A DNA stretch of 64,000 bases. It comes from Vicugna vicugna. Taxonomy: Eukaryota. The notes below the pieces were generated by a model. It was not told the DNA's origin, made no database searches, and saw only the letters and a program-made list of their open reading frames with translations. This document shows, in pieces, positions 63,271 through 64,000 of the stretch (positions within the stretch are counted from its first letter, which is position 1; each line of letters begins with the position of its first letter). The translations under genes and the position numbers were made by a program. The DNA lies in the NCBI GenBank assembly GCA_013265495.1, contig MU058687.1:4214093-4278092 (forward strand). The letters run 5' to 3'.

Positions 63271-64000
63271 TCTGTGGAAAATTAATTTTATGGTAATTAC
63301 AGATTATTGGCTATCATTATTTTGAATTCTCTCCTTTAAAAGAGATGTCTATTCTGTATGCATAGATCATATTAGAGATTCTTACTGATCAAATGGGTCG
63401 CAGTCCGGGTTTTAATTTTTAGTGCTAGGCAAAACTGTTTCCAAAATTCCCTGGCAATTTAGGACAAGTTCTGATTTCCAGATAGCGTCTGATGCTCAGT
63501 AGTAGCTTGGTAAATATTAATTCCTTTTCTTATTTCCATCCCTATATTGTGACCTTCTGCACTCTAAAGAAGGAACTCTTCAGTCTTAGGTGACCTAAAA
63601 ACAATGTTGGTGGCCTGTGTAATCTTACCTTTAAAACTCTATTCACAGGTGATTATTGTCATTAATTTTTTATTCTTTTTTATTGGATAAAGCCAAACCT
63701 TGTTTTAAAATGCATGGCTAGAGGGAGTTAGTATTTAGTCTCCCTCAAAGCCCCAGTATTTCTACTTGAAACACAGCTTTGTAAATGAATGGCAATCCCT
63801 TTCTCCAAACATTAGCATCATAATGGAATTCTATTGAATAGCCTGAATTTAGGGCAATTGGAGCCCCAAATTTAAAGTTATTGAAATCCTATGGGTCCTG
63901 CTTGGCATGTAACAGATCAGGTTCTTTGGAGAAGATAAATGGAGAAATGAATCATTGTAATACAGTAAAATATATGGTAAGAAAAAAAGAGGGGGTATGG

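Larger units (their letters stand above)
1..64000 (+). other. NRXN3: Intragenic segment of neurexin-3 (alpha isoform), mostly intron
   Basis: Two recognisable NRXN3 exons occur in the correct order, strand and phase (6435-6638, 12634-12660); no other gene is recognisable. Confidence 0.96.

Noticed and set aside
1..64000. CRISPR array, operon or defence system, tRNA/rRNA/snoRNA/miRNA gene, processed pseudogene
   Set aside because: This is vertebrate intronic DNA. All tandem repeats are two-copy duplications or microsatellites, and I recognised no structured RNA gene or retrocopy; an Infernal/Rfam scan would be needed to exclude small RNAs.

Overview
Mammalian (eukaryotic) genomic DNA lying entirely inside the alpha-neurexin-3 gene (NRXN3, + strand). 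Only 231 nt are confidently coding: a 204-nt constitutive exon encoding the start of LNS/laminin-G domain 4 (6435-6638) and the 27-nt alternatively spliced SS3 microexon encoding DCIRINCNS(S) (12634-12660). The remaining ~51 kb is the 5' part of the very long intron after SS3; I did not find the next exon (..KGPETLYAGQK..) in the window. The intron carries old L1, L2, MIR, MaLR (MLT1) and hAT (MER45, MER58, MER5) relics, plus cetartiodactyl-type L1 3' ends. I saw no primate, rodent, ruminant, pig, cetacean or carnivore SINEs, which suggests a non-ruminant cetartiodactyl such as a camelid (inference). No prokaryotic system, CRISPR array or RNA gene is supported, and almost all ORF-track entries are intronic noise. 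The best leads are splice-level hypotheses. (1) An unrecognised, frame- and phase-compatible 30-nt (or 18-nt) microexon at 46101-46130 has a perfect donor and an SRRM4-type UGC, and would insert VNSLEVSEFP at the SS3 position. (2) A signal-dense module at ~7960-8520 could be a truncating/poison exon or internal promoter. (3) A GC-box/G4 island at ~35.1-35.5 kb has an ORF in phase with NRXN3. Repeat family names come from recalled consensus sequences and their boundaries are approximate.
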